The translations under genes and the position numbers were made by a program. The notes beneath the pieces were generated by a model. It was not told where the DNA came from. It ran no database searches and saw only the letters and a program-made list of their open reading frames with translations. 64,000 nt of DNA. Origin: Hemiscyllium ocellatum. Its lineage: Eukaryota. The stretch covers positions 148,408,527 to 148,472,526 of the forward strand of contig NC_083402.1 in assembly GCF_020745735.1 (NCBI RefSeq), given 5' to 3'. Shown here one piece after another: positions 26,601 to 41,600 of this stretch (the stretch's first letter is position 1; every line of letters begins with the position of its first letter).

Positions 26601-29600
26601 CTTATTGTCCAGGGATCATAGACTAGGTGGATCAACCATAGGAAATGCAGGATTACAAAGATAGGGGTGAAGGGGTGGGTTTGGGTAGAATACTGTTCAG
26701 ATTGACTGAATTCCATGGGCCAAAGTGGCCTGTTCCCACATTGTAAAGATTGTAGGATTTAAGATTTGGGATATGTTTGGGAGTAATTTCTCTTTCCACT
26801 CTCCATTGATTACAATAGTCAAAAGGGCAAAAGGCTGGATAAGCAGCTTTAGAATTTACAAGTCCACATGATCATGACAATTCTGTTCAGGAGACAGACA
26901 TATTCACAAGCTACACATTAAAGAGAGTACAAAGACCAGTACCCAGTAATTGGATCAACTGCAACAGAAGTTGGTTCCCTTAATTCAGTGTCAAAGAGTG
27001 TCTTCCTTTTAGTTCCATCGAATGTGGCCACAGATATGGACTTTGAACCCCAATCAGTCCAATAGATATGCTTGTAGATCCAATCCACTGCAATTCCTGC
27101 TGGAACATCCACATCTTCAATTTTGGTAATCACAGACGATTGTTCCCCTTCATTCATGGACATACTGGAAGAGAGTTACTGGTTTAGACTCCAATTGTAT
27201 TAAAAGGGGAAAAACAACTTTGAATTGTCTCATTAAACTCAAGGCATGGCACACTTGGAGTGCATGGTGTCTTAAAAGACATGACTAACTGACCTACTTT
27301 GGTGGCCTCTGAAAGCAAAAGTTATTCAGGGCAGTGGATAAACTCCTACTCTTTAATGCCACAATGTTGGTGCCCAAACAGAAAAAGACTGAGTTTTAAC
27401 TGATTCTGAACAGCAGCACAGCACCCCAGTAAAAGCTAAGATGTATTCAAGTCCTGACAGTTGGATTTGATGTTTATTAGTGGAGTCAAGCTGGTAACTA
27501 TATCGATGTTCCCAATTTGTACAAAATCAGTGCATTAAGTTATTTGCAGTCATGTAAGAGTCACAGGGTGAAGGCAGCATTTTACATACTGACATTCAGG
27601 ATCAAAACATGTGTTTGAGTTAGGAGGTTTTGTGGTTGTATAGTGTGCTGGTGAAGCTACTTTTAGAATATCAAATACAATTCTGGTATCCTATAGGAAA
27701 GTTGTTAAACTACAGGATGCACTCAAGGCCTAAGGATGTTCCTGGGCCTGGAGAGTTGGAGTCTAAGAAAAGGCTAGGCCACCTTCCATGGAGTACCAGA
27801 GGCTGAAGGGTGACCTCAGGAGAGAGACACGCACACAGCATAGAACAAACTGCCAGTGGAAGGGTGTGGTGGGTACAACTGCAAAATTTAAAAGACATGG
27901 AGTGCTATACAAATAGCCAGAGTGGAGGATGTGCCAACATTTGACCCATGGGACTAAGTCAGATTTGGATGTTCGGTCAGCCAGTATCCTGCTCCTCAGA
28001 TGCTGCCTGACCTGCTGTGCTTTTCTATACCACACAACTGATCTCCAACATCTGCAGTCCTCACTTTCTCGTGATGTTTGGATGAGTTTGACAAAAAAAA
28101 GAGACTGTCTGTGCTGTATGACTGAGTCCATATTTCTCATGGAAAGCACAGTTTTATCCTTAAACTCAGCCCAGTCTGATCAGTAAACCCCAGGCTATTT
28201 AGTAAAAGGAAAACACTGGTGTTACATTCCACGTCTAGTTTTGTTGCTGTAGATCCGAGATAGAGGAAGAAGTGATTTTAAAAAAAAGCTTGCTAGACAA
28301 ACTCCGCAAGTCTGGAAACATCTATGTTGAGAAAGCAGAGTCAATATAGAGAATGTCCTGAAGGGTCACTGGACTCAGTTGACTCTGTCCAGACCTGCTG
28401 AGATGCTCCAACCATGTTTTCAGATTTCCAGCATCTACAGTTTAGTTTTTAAACTAGCTTGTCGTAGGAGATGTGTTTTGAACTGCTGTTTGGCATACTG
28501 CATCTCAAACAAGTTTCTTGACTAGTGCCTGAAGACAACTACGTTTCAAATAAGTTTAAAAAAAAACACATTTGCAACAAGTAACCAGCCTTTTACATAT
28601 AATTGCCCAAAAGTAACAAAATGTTTGATACTCTGCAATGCAGAATAAGTTCAAGGCGACAAGTTACCTAAGAATTGCGTGCTGGCTTGATTCAGTCCAG
28701 AAAATTCTGTCTTCAGCAATATCAACATCCAGTGCTACAGCATTTCTCAACTGCATGGCAACCTGGGTGTACTCATAACGATGCAGTCCTAGTTTCCGGA
28801 TGTCGTGCTGATTTGTGAAGATCAAATAAGGTTCCTCTCCTGTGCCGGGTTTGCAATAGCAAAGTGAATAATCCACAATTTTAAACACAATCACAACAGG
28901 CCTTTTTATTTACTGCCAGGAAATCTAGTTTTTCTCAAAAATCAGTAAAATCTTAAAAATGGTCTCTACAAACCTAAATTAGAGTGATGTTGAATATTAT
29001 AGATCCTATGAAACCATATCCTTTACTCCATCACATTGAACAAATTTATAGCTAATAGGTTATCCCCATCTGGCCTGCAGCCACTTAGCCATTTGGAGGG
29101 TTTCATTTATTGCCAATGAATGTTCCCAACTTATTTATTCTTGCTGTTCAGAAGTAAAACACATTCATGCAGCTCGTTTTAAACAATTCTACTGCAAGGA
29201 TGATCTGTTGCACATTTGATTCTTAAACACCCAGTAATGATTTAGTTTCACTGTCTTCAGGAAAACATTCATTTGCAAACAGCAAAAGTAGATACATCCC
29301 TGCTACCATTAAACTGTAGCATGAAATATTTGATTTTCTCCCCCTAAAGGATTTATTGATTTTTGTTGCAAGTATCCTGATTACAATGCTTACTTGATGT
29401 TAAACATGAACACAGAGGAAGTTATCCAAAGATGGTGGTGGGAGAAACAACTTTTACAGTCGAGCAGGAGACAGTGAAGATATGGAAATCACTGCAGTGC
29501 ATTGGTGTTCTGTAGACACTTAAAAATTTATAATTAGATTCTTCTTTAAGGGCTGTGGGTATTAACTGCAAGGTCAGCATTTGTTGTCTAACTTGAGTGG

Positions 29601-32600
29601 AGTGGCCATTTCAGAAAGTAATTAACAATCAGCTCCATTTGTTGTGGGTCAGTAGACAGGACATAGCAAGGATGTAGATTTCCTTGTTATTTTGGTCTGC
29701 ATATCGATCACCCTTTTCTATCCGATTTAGATAATGAAACAAATTGATTACATCTTAGAAGCTCCAGCAGCAAGTTAGCTAGGAGCTGGATTAGTAAGAT
29801 CTCAGTTAAGGATCAGAGGGATTATAGTCACGTTCATTTCAAATTCCACCGAGAACACTCCTCTCAAAAATCAGTCCCTCCAACTGAAGACTAATTACAG
29901 GAGATGAGAGTGTGATCCAGAGCAGGCCAAGAAACAGTGGATGATCAGAGACAGGCATTTTAAAACATTTCAGTGTCCAAAAGATGGCTGGGGTAGGGGG
30001 CAGCAGTGAAATGCACCAAAATTTACTCAAAGGCAGACTTAACTGGAGGGGGGGGCTGTGTGATCTTGTGCATGAGACTGCATGAAGATACAGGGGGTAA
30101 TTAGAGGTGGCAAACAGAACAGGGACTTTAACTAGGGAACCAGTTTAAAATAATTGTAACTGTTAAAGAAAATTTGCAGAGTTTGAGACCAACAATTCTT
30201 TTAAGAGCAAATTGTGCCGAGTCTTACCTATTGCCTTGCAAATGGAATTAGTCAGGTCCATGTGATATCCAGGATGGCATTCACACTTGTAACTTCCTTC
30301 CAAGTTCACACAAATCTGGCTGCACGTTCCAGAATTTTGACATTCATCAACGTCTAAAAGTAAACCAACACATTTAAATTCATGAAGCTTTCATTCAAAA
30401 GCAGTTGACAAAAACCATTATAGCACAAGCAGTTCCAACTTGCCTTCACAGGTTCGATCAACCAATCGAAAGCCAACAGGACAGTCACATTCATATCCAA
30501 TGACAAGATCATGACAGAGATGAGAACAACCTCCATTATTGAGCAAGCATTCATTCACATCTAAAACAAAAACAAAGATTTAGTACTTCACTCCTCAGGA
30601 TCACTCAGTCCAAATGCTGCTATCATTCTTGCTCCTGCTAAAGAAAAAAAGGATACACTGAGGACTGATGTGTTGTAACTGACTATTTGATTCTTTTGGT
30701 TCCTGCATCCAATATGGACATTTACACATTGAGAATTGTACATTGACAAAAAAAAAAAACTGAGTATGGAAGATACTAGACATCTACAATATCAGGGAAT
30801 GCTCAAAACAGTTCTCACAGCATCTGGAGATGCAATTCTTAGATTTTTCTGTTATGAGACTTTCGTTAACAAAGACCATAATGACAAATTGTGGACCCTT
30901 TGAACAACAACTTTCTACTGAACTGGTATTACATTTTTTTTTAAATGCTGATCTTGAACAGATCAACTTTCTAAGCACAGGACTGCAGAGGAACAGTGTT
31001 ACATTACAGCAGACCAACCTGCAGATGCTGAGTATTGTCACCATATTAAAAATATAATACAAATGCAAAGTGGATTCCCAGATCAAAAGTAACCAGAATA
31101 AAATGTTCATTTGATAGATGCTCAATTCAATTAAAAATCATTGAAGAGTGTGTAGTGATTGAGAAGTATCATATATGCCCTGAAATTGGTAGGAACTTAT
31201 AGTAGGAACAGAGTATCTAATATCCTTTGAACATCTGTATTTCCTCTTCTGGCCCATCACCCAGCCAAATATTAGTTCACATCAGCTACTGCAACTTTCA
31301 TATCCATGTTCTGAATAGGAGAATTTGAACTTTCAAACTGGATGTAATATTTTGGATACTGCCATTTGGCTTGAAATAAATTAATTCAATCATATTCCAT
31401 AATATAGGTCTTCTACAATCTGCTTTCTGGTCAGATGCAGAATATGCTGCTCCAAAAAGCAATTCAAACATGCTTCCAATGAAAGGCCATCACCAATCTG
31501 ATTGCCATTCCTTTAATCAAATTGCAAATAACTTCAAAAAAAAGGACCTAATATATTCTTCATCCATGACGACTGTTCGGAGAGTTGCAAATTCCTGGTC
31601 AGTGAGATCTTTCCCAATCATCCCTTCTCTCCACCCAACAAATTCTACATCCTGATCTCCTGAATGAGGAAGTACACAGACTGTTGCAATAATTATGCTT
31701 ATTTACTTTATACTTACATCCTTCTACTTTAGTTTTGGAAGGGTAGAGTGCAGTTTTGGACCCTGTATCCAAGGAAGGCAATGTTGGTGTTGAGGGGGGG
31801 GGGGGGGGGGGGGGGGTCCAGGGATGATTCACAAGAATCAGAGGATAGAGGGCTAGTCACACAAAAGGGGCAGCTGAGGACTCTTTCAATCAATGGAGTG
31901 GAGACAAACTTGGAATTACAGGGAGGCCTGGATCAAGTAGATGTGACAACGCTTCCATTAAGAGAGAATAGGATCCAAGGGTATAGCCTCTAACTGGACC
32001 TTTTTGAACCAAGAGGAATTTCTTCAGCCAGATTGCAATTAGTTTTACAAATTTACCACAGTGAAGGGCTGTGGAGGCCAAGTCACCGAGTTTATCCACG
32101 AGATAGATTCTTGATAACTAAGGGGATTAAGGGTTACAGAGAAGGCAGGTGGTGAAATGGGAATTGAGAAACAATAGGAGCTAGGGCCCTGAGCCAAATG
32201 GCCCAATTATGTTCCTCTTATGGTCTTGCTATTCTCAGATGTCATACACCTCAATATACAAAGCCCAATCCTTGTCAGCGAGAAATCTGCAGGATCAATA
32301 TTTATTCACATGACCACAGCTCATTTACATTAGTACCATTTGTATTTAGATGGAGACCTTACAAAATAGGATTAGGCCATTCAGTACTAATCGCTGATTA
32401 GTAGCCTAACTCCATATGCTTACCTTTTCAGTTTTAGGGATGTGGGCCAAAGACATTTTATTTCAGATTTTAGCATTAAAACAGATTTAGCATCCATTGT
32501 TTTGTAGGAGGGTGTTCCAAACCTCTTCCATTGTGTGAGAAAGTGTTTCCCAACATCTCTCCTGAATGGTCTGGCCCTCATTCTCCCTAGTTCTAGGATC

Positions 32601-35600
32601 CCCAATGGAAATAGTTTATTTACCCCATCTTCTCCTGTTAATCTCTTTAGGCACTAACCCAATCATCCTGGAAGCTAAACTAAGAGAAGAGAAAACAAGC
32701 CTAATCAATAGACATTCCTCACAATTTAAACCTTCAAGTCCAGATACACTACAATGACAACAAATGTGTCTTGACTGATATATTCAATTGTCCCTTCTTC
32801 CCATTCTCACCTTTGTTTTCCATACTATGTCTTGCTGTATGCCTTAATCCATTTCTTTAACAATCCCTTACCCCTCCCGTAAGGAGCTGTACTTCCCTAG
32901 CGGTGTTTCAAAACACCAGTCCTAGCATAATGCAGGCTGTTGACCACCCCAATATTACAGATCCCACTCTCCCCAGTCCTGAAGAGTCGAGACTAAGTAC
33001 TCTCCAGATTTTGTTAGACCTGTGGAAGTATTTCTGCAAAGTGTGTTCATATTCCCAGTGCTAGTGTCAATGCCTCAAGTAACAGATCCAAACTCCTGCC
33101 AAACCAATCTTTGAACCACATTCATTATATTCACCCTTTACCAATTTGCACAAGATTTAGGTAGCAGCCCAGAGATTGCCACTTTAAAAACGGCTTTAAA
33201 ATTTAGCATTTTGCTTCTCAGAACTCTCCTCATTCCTGTTTGAGGAATATGAACATGGCCACAGAACCCTCCCTTGCCACTGCAAATTTTTCCAACTAAA
33301 AAACACCCCAAGAGGTCTGTAGGGACTCTGCTGCAGAGAATCAGCCACTTTTCCCACCAATCTCACTCCACTATTTCCTATTGCCCAATCTATTGGCACA
33401 CTCATTCACGGGATAAGCATTACTGGTTGGACCAGCATTTATTTCCCATCCCTAGTTATCCTCAAGTGATAGCGAGCTGCCTTCTTGAACTGTTGCAGTC
33501 CATTCAGTATAGACCCATCTACTATGCCATTCAGGAGGAAGGGGATGGTGTTAGGTTTGGAGGGCAATTTGCAAGTGTTGTTTCCAATATTTGACACTTT
33601 TCCCACTTGTAGATGGTAGCAGTCATTTACCAAAACTCCATTTATATAGCATCATTTTGATGGTACACACTCTGTGGAGGGGAACTGAGGGTTTATGGAT
33701 ATGGGCAGGTTGCTTTGTGCTGAACGGTAAGTGCTATTGGAGCCTGTGCTTATCCAGATCAATGGGAAATATACCCACTGATATGGAGGGGCAACTTTTG
33801 GAAATGGAACTGGTCTGACTAAAGATCAGAATACAGACAGACTAACGTCACATCTTCAAATGCATTGTCTGAGCAGAGATGTCACTCTTTAAAATCAAAT
33901 CTCAAGTTACCTTGGGAATGTGACTTGGTAGTTCTGGGATTTACATCAAAAGCTGCAACCCCATTCTAAAAGATGAATGGGGTAACTGCAATCTAGGTTT
34001 GTTCAATGTATCACAATTGTGTGACATGATAATGTTTTGCTTTAAATTCTGTGTCCTATGATCCTACCCTCCCATCTACCTGAAGCAGTGCTCTGAAAGC
34101 TTGTACTTAGATCTGTTGGACACTAACCTGGTGTCATGTGATTTATAATCCAGCATTGTAGATTGTATATATTTTGGGAGCCAGGAAGTGAGCTTCCTTC
34201 TGCCAGCATTGATATGGCTACACTAGTTCAGTCAACAGCAACTCCCTGGAATGGCAGCCAGTTAAAATCAATGCTCCTCACTTCATCTAGACAAGAAAAT
34301 CAGCTCTTTAAAATTGCACAATTGTTCAACTGCCAATTAATACATTGCTTTAACTAGTACCATGCAGCATTAAGGCCGACTTGTAAAGTTAGCCTGGTCT
34401 TACCAGACCATAGGGCTGCTCGGAGATGACCCAGGGTGGTTTAACCAGAGGGTCACCACCCCTCAGAGGGAAGGAGTGGAGTAGGATCCTGCATAGTAAC
34501 CTCAGCCAGTGCTGGAATTGAACCCATGCTGTTGGCATCATTTAGCACAGCAAACATGATCCAGCAAAAGTATCTCTGTCCTGGTGAACAAGGAATTTAT
34601 TGGTGCATTCCTTCAGTAATTAGGGATCACTTCTCCCATAGCATCTATCTGGCTCAGTTATTTTAAGATTAAAATGTTACTAATTGGAAATAAACCCCAT
34701 TGCACATGGGACTGCAGTGGCAAATACCTTGATTTTTGCAACAGTATCCATTGGAATGATGTTTTTAAAGAGTCTGAGCACAAACAGCTTTGGGTCTGAC
34801 CAGCCTATCCTGAAATGTGCACTAAGCTAGTCCCACCTCCCCTGCACTTGTGACACAAAGTTAGTCCCTTTTGTCCCTTAAAGGCTGTTACTTGGCTCAA
34901 GGAGACTGTCGAGGAGAAAAAGTGAGGACTGCAGATGCTGGAGATCAGAGCTGAAAATGTGTTGCTGGAAGAGAGCAGGTCAGGCAGCATCCAAGGAGGA
35001 GTCCGAAGAAGGGCTCATGCCTGAAATGTTGATTCTCCTGCTCCTTTGATGCTGCCTGACCTGCGCTTTTCCAGCAACACATTTTCAGCTCAAGGAGCCT
35101 GTCCTTGATTTTTTCAAAAAAAAGGGATAATAAACGAGGCTGGGCTCCAATCAATCTGGTTTGGTACAAAGATGAAAGGGATATGGAGAGGCCTTTTGTT
35201 TATGTAAAAGATGAGACTTCAGGCCAAAGTGGTCATATTTTCGAAGTGACCTGTATAATGAAAGGGGAGTGGTTAGCTCTCTAGCTAGCTGAGCAGTTTT
35301 AGTCCAGTCTTGAATTGATTGACTGTTCAGCAGGGAGCTGTATGAAAGCACTTTCTGCCCTTCAACTTCAACCTGTAAGCATAGGTTTTATTTATACTGG
35401 GACTGAGACATCTATTCAGAACAGCATAATTAAATCTAGCCGGATAGGTGGAGTTCTGTATCCTGTTCTTTGTTTTGTTGCATGTTTTTGTGAACTAGTT
35501 GGTTTAAAATCAAGTAGACAACCTAGCTAACTCAATCTAGGTAATTTTCACTGCACACTTACCAAAACAAAATTACAAAGTCGTAGTTGGCACTGCCTGC

Positions 35601-38600
35601 TTAAGAATGTTGAGTGGTCTAGTCTATAATATTTGGCCCATATCCCTCCAAACCTTTCATATTCATGGACTAATCCAACTATCTTTTCAACATTGTAAAT
35701 GCATCCACTACTTCCTCCATTTATTCCACAGGTCAACCACTAGGAGTTTTGTTCTTTTTAAAAATCTCATCTTAAATATATGTCCTCATTTTGCACTTCC
35801 ATACTTTAAGAGCAGACCTTGGTCATTCACCTTAGTTATGCCTCACTACTTTATAAATGTAAAAAAAGTCACCCCCCTCAACCTCCTATGCTCTAGTGAG
35901 AAGAAGGTTCCAGTCTATTTTTATTGTTGAAACCATCAATTCCTGACAACATCCTGGTAAAATCTTTTCCAAACCCTCACGAGTTAATATCCTTCCTATA
36001 ACAGGGTAACTAGAACTGCACAGTACTCCAGAACAGGCTGCCTCAATCTCCTGAGGCATTAATGATTATCATACTGAAATTTTCATGTTAGTGCTACACA
36101 GTTCTACCTTTGTGGATTGCCTAATTGCTCTAGCTCAATTATAGGCAACTAATTTCAGATAAAGGTAAACAGCATATTGTTCTTTTGCCTTAATAGATTA
36201 CATCAAGGAGTTAATTGCTCTTATTGGTGTACAGCTTAAATCTATTGTTTATTCAGTAATTGACAGCACAATTCTCCTGGATTACATATTACTAATTTTA
36301 TATTACAGGATGTTTGTAAACAAAGAAGAAAGTGAGGACTGCAGATGCTGGAGATCAAAGCTTAAAAGTGTGTTGCTGGAAAAGCACAGCAAGTCAGGCA
36401 GCAAAGGAACAGGAGAATTGATGTTTCGGGCATAGTCCTTTTTCAGGAATGAGGGTGCGCCAAGTGGGCTAAGATAAAAAGGTAGGGAGGAGGGATGTTG
36501 GGAATACGATGGTGGAATTTTTGAAAAGGGAGTAGCATGAAAAGCAGTTAGGAAGCAAATTTAATTTATTTAAAATGAACATTGCTTAACTAAACAAACA
36601 TGGGGACTTTTTTTTAAAAAAAAAAGAAACGTGTGCATGCTGGCTACCCCCAAATGATTAAACAGTTAGACCACACCATTCAGCCCTTCAAACCTGCTCC
36701 AGTGGATCCACAGATACATTAGGAGTTTTAGTGTTACACCATTCCAACTATCCCCCATAAAGCAGCCTGAAATCTCTATTTCCTTTGAAAATGCACAACC
36801 ATCCCAAACTCAAATCCTGAGGCAAAGTCCACTGCTGGCCATTGTGGGATTTGAACATTATGGATCAGTAGATTACCAGTCTGTCAGTTAGCCCACGAAG
36901 GCACACCAAAAAAAAAAGATTTTGTAAATCAGAAATAAAGCCAGAATTTGCCAGGAAAGCTCAGGTCTGGCAGCATGTGAAGAGAAACCAACATTAATGT
37001 TTGGAGGAAAGATCACTAGATTCAAAACATTAACTGATTGCTCTCCAGATGCTGCCAGATTTGCTGCGCTTTTTTTTTAGCAAATTGTGGTTTTACTTCC
37101 AAGGGCAGTTAAGAGTCAATGTATGGGTCAGGAGTCACATGAATTCCAGAAACATTAGTGGGACTGACACAGAACGAAGAGACAGCCTTAGGACTGAGGT
37201 GGAAAATTTCTTCAGAGTGAGTCTGTAGAATTTGCTACCACAGAACACAGTCAGGGTTAAATCATAGAATTTCAGGGAGGAGTTGATATAGCACTTGGGG
37301 GCTAAAGGGATGAAAAATAGATTGGAGGTGGGAAGAAACATGCTGAGTTAGATCTTAAAGCCACAAATCATGAAACGAGGCTGAAAGGCCCAGTCCTGCT
37401 CCTTTTTCCAGGAGCCTGGGATCCCTGTAGAGACAGGTCTGTCATCGCAGGATGAGCTACATAAATCAGGAGCCAAAAACAGTTAACTTTTATAACTGTT
37501 GCTATCAAGTAATAAACTACACTGACAAAGCAAGTGCCTTTTTAAAAGTATAGCAGTGGTCTCCCACCTGATTAGCCACACAGGATATCAACATCAGCAT
37601 CAAGGAGGAAGAATGAATGAACAGAATATCAACAACAGCACGGGGGTGGGGGAGATCATTTGAAGGCACTATGACACCAGCCCCACCTCAGGGCTATGAG
37701 GCCTGGGTTCAAATCCCAGCTGCTCCAAAAACATTTTTAAAAAAAGGAATATTAGGGGCTTGAGATAGCGGTAGTGTCCCTACCTCCAGGCAGAAGGCCC
37801 AGGCTCAAGTCCCACTACAATCCCAAATTGATTGATAATAAATTGAAAAAAAAGGAGAGAAGTTATGGCAGCTAGCGATCCCAAAACGTTCCCAGCAGGC
37901 AGTTCCCAGAGTGCACTAGAACATGGTTCAAGTCTGACATGCCAAACTCAAGTGCAAGAGGCTTAGGAAAGATTAGAGCCACAAGTCATACAAATATTGT
38001 AGGAGCATATTAACAAGTGGGTGTACTTAGAGTTAAAGCAGCAGAACTACTGGATACAACAGCAAGTGCTCAATAAAGGCAACACTTGGTCAAACAACTC
38101 AATTAGCTCATTGCCTGGAGACAAAAATTAGAATTCGACCAGTTTAAAATTATACCCTAAGAACAATTCAAACTCCAGTTGAGTTTGTATAGAGTATATT
38201 GACAATCTTAAAAGCCAATGACACAATCCAATGCATTGGAGGTATGAAACCAGTGAAAATTGAATAGTTAAGAGAACTGACAAGCCCAAAAGTAAACAGA
38301 CCGCCTGAAAATAGCTCTTAAATACTTTTTCAATCAGTAACCTGAGACAAAGATCCCTAACACACAGGAAGATCCAAATAGAAGAATGAAAGCTGCCTGG
38401 TTGAGATTAGTTTTGTTTTATAAATCTTAATGGAGGGTTTTTAAACCAGATTAAAAAAAAGATAACAGATAGGTTAGAGTAAGGAATAGTAAAGAGTTAA
38501 TTATTTGTTATACTTTTAACAAAGTAGTTAATTTTTACTTTAAATAGTCCTTGGCCACTTGAAGTTTTATAGATTACTGCACTGGATAAATCTTTGTTTG

Positions 38601-41600
38601 CTGGTTTTAAATTAAGCAAGAAGGTTTAACCTGGTGTTGTCAAAGGAGTTAAAAAGTGGACTTAAAGGAATAAAATTTCAGAAAGTTTGCTGGAAAAGCT
38701 CTGCAGGTGTGGCAGCACTGGAGGAGAGAGAGTGATCAGAGTTAATGCTTCAGGTCCAGTGACTCTTCCTAGGTTTGATATTTTCACCAACTGCAGTTCT
38801 TTGTTTATTGAAAAAAATGTTTGAAGTTAGTTGAGCTTTTAGTCCCAAAACACTTACTGCATTTTCCAATGAGTTCATCACTCCAATCCTTGCAATCCTG
38901 CTGCTGATTACAGACTTGTGATACATTAATACATTCACCACTTTGACACTTGAAATCCATGGGTCCTGTGCACTCAGCAACTGTCAAAAAAAGTTAAAGC
39001 ATGAAATTGATACTTGTACAAGTATCAGTGATATTCTAAAAATACAGTTACAAGAGTGTATTCACCTTTCTTGCAGCTGTTTTCGTCACTTCTATCTGGG
39101 CAATCACCAATTCCATTACACTGTCTGTGTCCTGGGATACAGCTACCATCACTGCATCTGAAGTGATCAGGTCCACATGTTGGAGGTGCTAACAAAAAAA
39201 CGTTAATGTAATTAAGAAGTTGGTTTGGGCGTGTTGTGAAAACAGGTGTGCCTACAAATTCTTTCAGAACACTTCTAAAGTGCAATTCATGTTGTAAACA
39301 TTGTGCTGTTTTCAGTCTGAACAGTTAGCAATATACAAAATTGACTAGCAAATTGTAAAGATGCACTTATGCAGATTTTGTACTATTTAATACTAATTTT
39401 GTAGCAGTATCTAGTTTCTAAACCACTAGAATTTAAAAAACCTCAAATGCTAGAAATGTGTGAAAATTGCAAAGGTTTGAGTTAATTTAAAGATTCATTG
39501 GATATGGGCATCACTGGCCAGGCCAGCATTTGTTGCCCAGAGGGCAGGAGGGAGTCAGCCACATTACTGTGGGTCTGGAGTCACATGTAGGCCAGACCAG
39601 GCAAATAAGAGGCAAATCAGATGGGTTTCCCTTTCAAATTAACCAGACTATTTCCAGATACTATTGAATTCAGATTCCACAATCTGTGGTCGGATTTGAA
39701 CACAGGTTCCCAGGACATTTGCTAGGTTGCTGGATTCTTGGCCTAGTGATTTCACCTCTGCATGAGAAGGAAAAACCTTTTAAATGGCATACATTTGCAG
39801 TCAATAGCATTATTCACTTGACTAATTCCTTCATCCATTCTACTGGTTGAGACTACATTCACTCAACATATCAGTGCTCAGCAAAATTTAGTCTGGTCAA
39901 AAAAAAGTGGCCAGAGCATATCCAAAAAACAACCAAAGATACAAAACAGTAAAAAAAAACAGTAATGGCCGGCCAGAGGACTGGCAATTTTACTGGAGCA
40001 AGAACCTTAAAATGTTAGTAAATTGGAAAGAAATTTAAAGAGCTTCAGAATAAATAAAAGCAGCTAAAGGAGTGTGGGACTTCCAGAGGAGGCAATGAAA
40101 GACTGAGAACACAATGTGGCAGATAATTTAACCCCATATTTTGCTTTCATTTTCATGAAAGACAACAGTAAACATCCCAAAGTTCAGAAGAGCAAGGTGC
40201 TAATAGAAAATTTGCCAAATTGCTGTCACTTAACAGCAAGCTTAAAACTAGGGGACATGACACTGAATGAGCACCCCTTTACCATGCAATGTATACACTC
40301 CGAGAGGGTAGTGAATGCCTGGAATTCTATATCCCCACAGCATAGTGATAGACCATTGAAGTATTTCCAAAGTGGTAGATCAATTAGAGAGAGTAGCTGC
40401 AGACTGAGAAAGGGAGCAGTGCGAAAAGGAATGGGAGTGCTGCCCGAGGATCTTAATCTAAGTTATCTTGTTGCAGTCTGAGGGGGAAAAAATCCCAATG
40501 ATTTACCTCCTGTATACTCACTTCAGGTATCCCTAAGAGTTGCATCTACATGGCATCTTTCAACTTTTGAAAGCAATGCCAATTTTCACAAATACTGATA
40601 CTAAGCTATTTTAAAACAAAAATCCACTTGCAGTAATTCTACCTCAGTCTAGTATTGGAAGAGACCAATGGGTAAAAAATGAGGTCTGCAGATGCTGGAG
40701 ATCACAGCTGCAAATGTGTTGCTGGTCAAAGCACAGCAGGTTAGGCAGCATCTCAGGAATAGAGAATTCGACGTTTCGAGCATAAGCCCTTCATCAGGAA
40801 TAATGATGAAGGGCTTATGCTCGAAACGTCGAATTCTCTATTCCTGAGATGCTGCCTAACCTGCTGTGCTTTGACCAGCAACACATTTGCAGCTTGGAAG
40901 AGACCAACATTGCTTTGGTCTGAAAATCAAACCAATTTTCCTGGCAACAGTCTGAAGGTTGACCTGGACTCAAACAGAGAAAGGCCACTAATTGTGATCT
41001 TCTCACTAAACTCCATTATACTTCATGAATGAAATATCTCTAGCTTCATTTGTCAGACCTCCAGCACAGGAAAAAAGCCCTTTGGCTCAGTTTGTGCTGG
41101 TCAAAAGTCTAATTGTTCTAATTCCACTTCCCAACACTTGGCCTATAGCCTTGGCATCACAAACACATCTAAATACTCAGTGTTGGAGGTTTCTGCCTCT
41201 TCCACCATTAGAGGTGGCAAGTTGTAGATTCTCACTACCCTTTGGTGAAAAAGCTTTTCCTCTTTAAACCTTCTGCCCTTTACCTCAAGTAGGTCCCTGG
41301 TCACAGATCCTTCCAGCAAGGGTTAAAAACTTTCTACCCAGCTACCTGACCTATGCCCCTCAACTTCTACACATCCCAAAACACTTCATTTTCTGCAAAA
41401 ATGGTAATTTAATACCAGGGATTTGAGAATATTCCAAATATGTAGATGGGTGAAGTGTTGATAACCATTGCATCACTGCAAATTAACATGCTGGTGCTGC
41501 ATTTTCTGTAGATAAAGATAAATTCCATCATACACATTGCATGTAGATCCCAATTGGGCAGCCAATCTGTCCCTTGATTCAGTCATTCTGAGACAGTGGA

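Noticed and set aside
31794-31816. Poly-G runs (also ~56773-56788 as poly-C and ~58604-58619) as functional G-quadruplexes
   Set aside because: They lie within decayed repeats and homopolymer length is unreliable.
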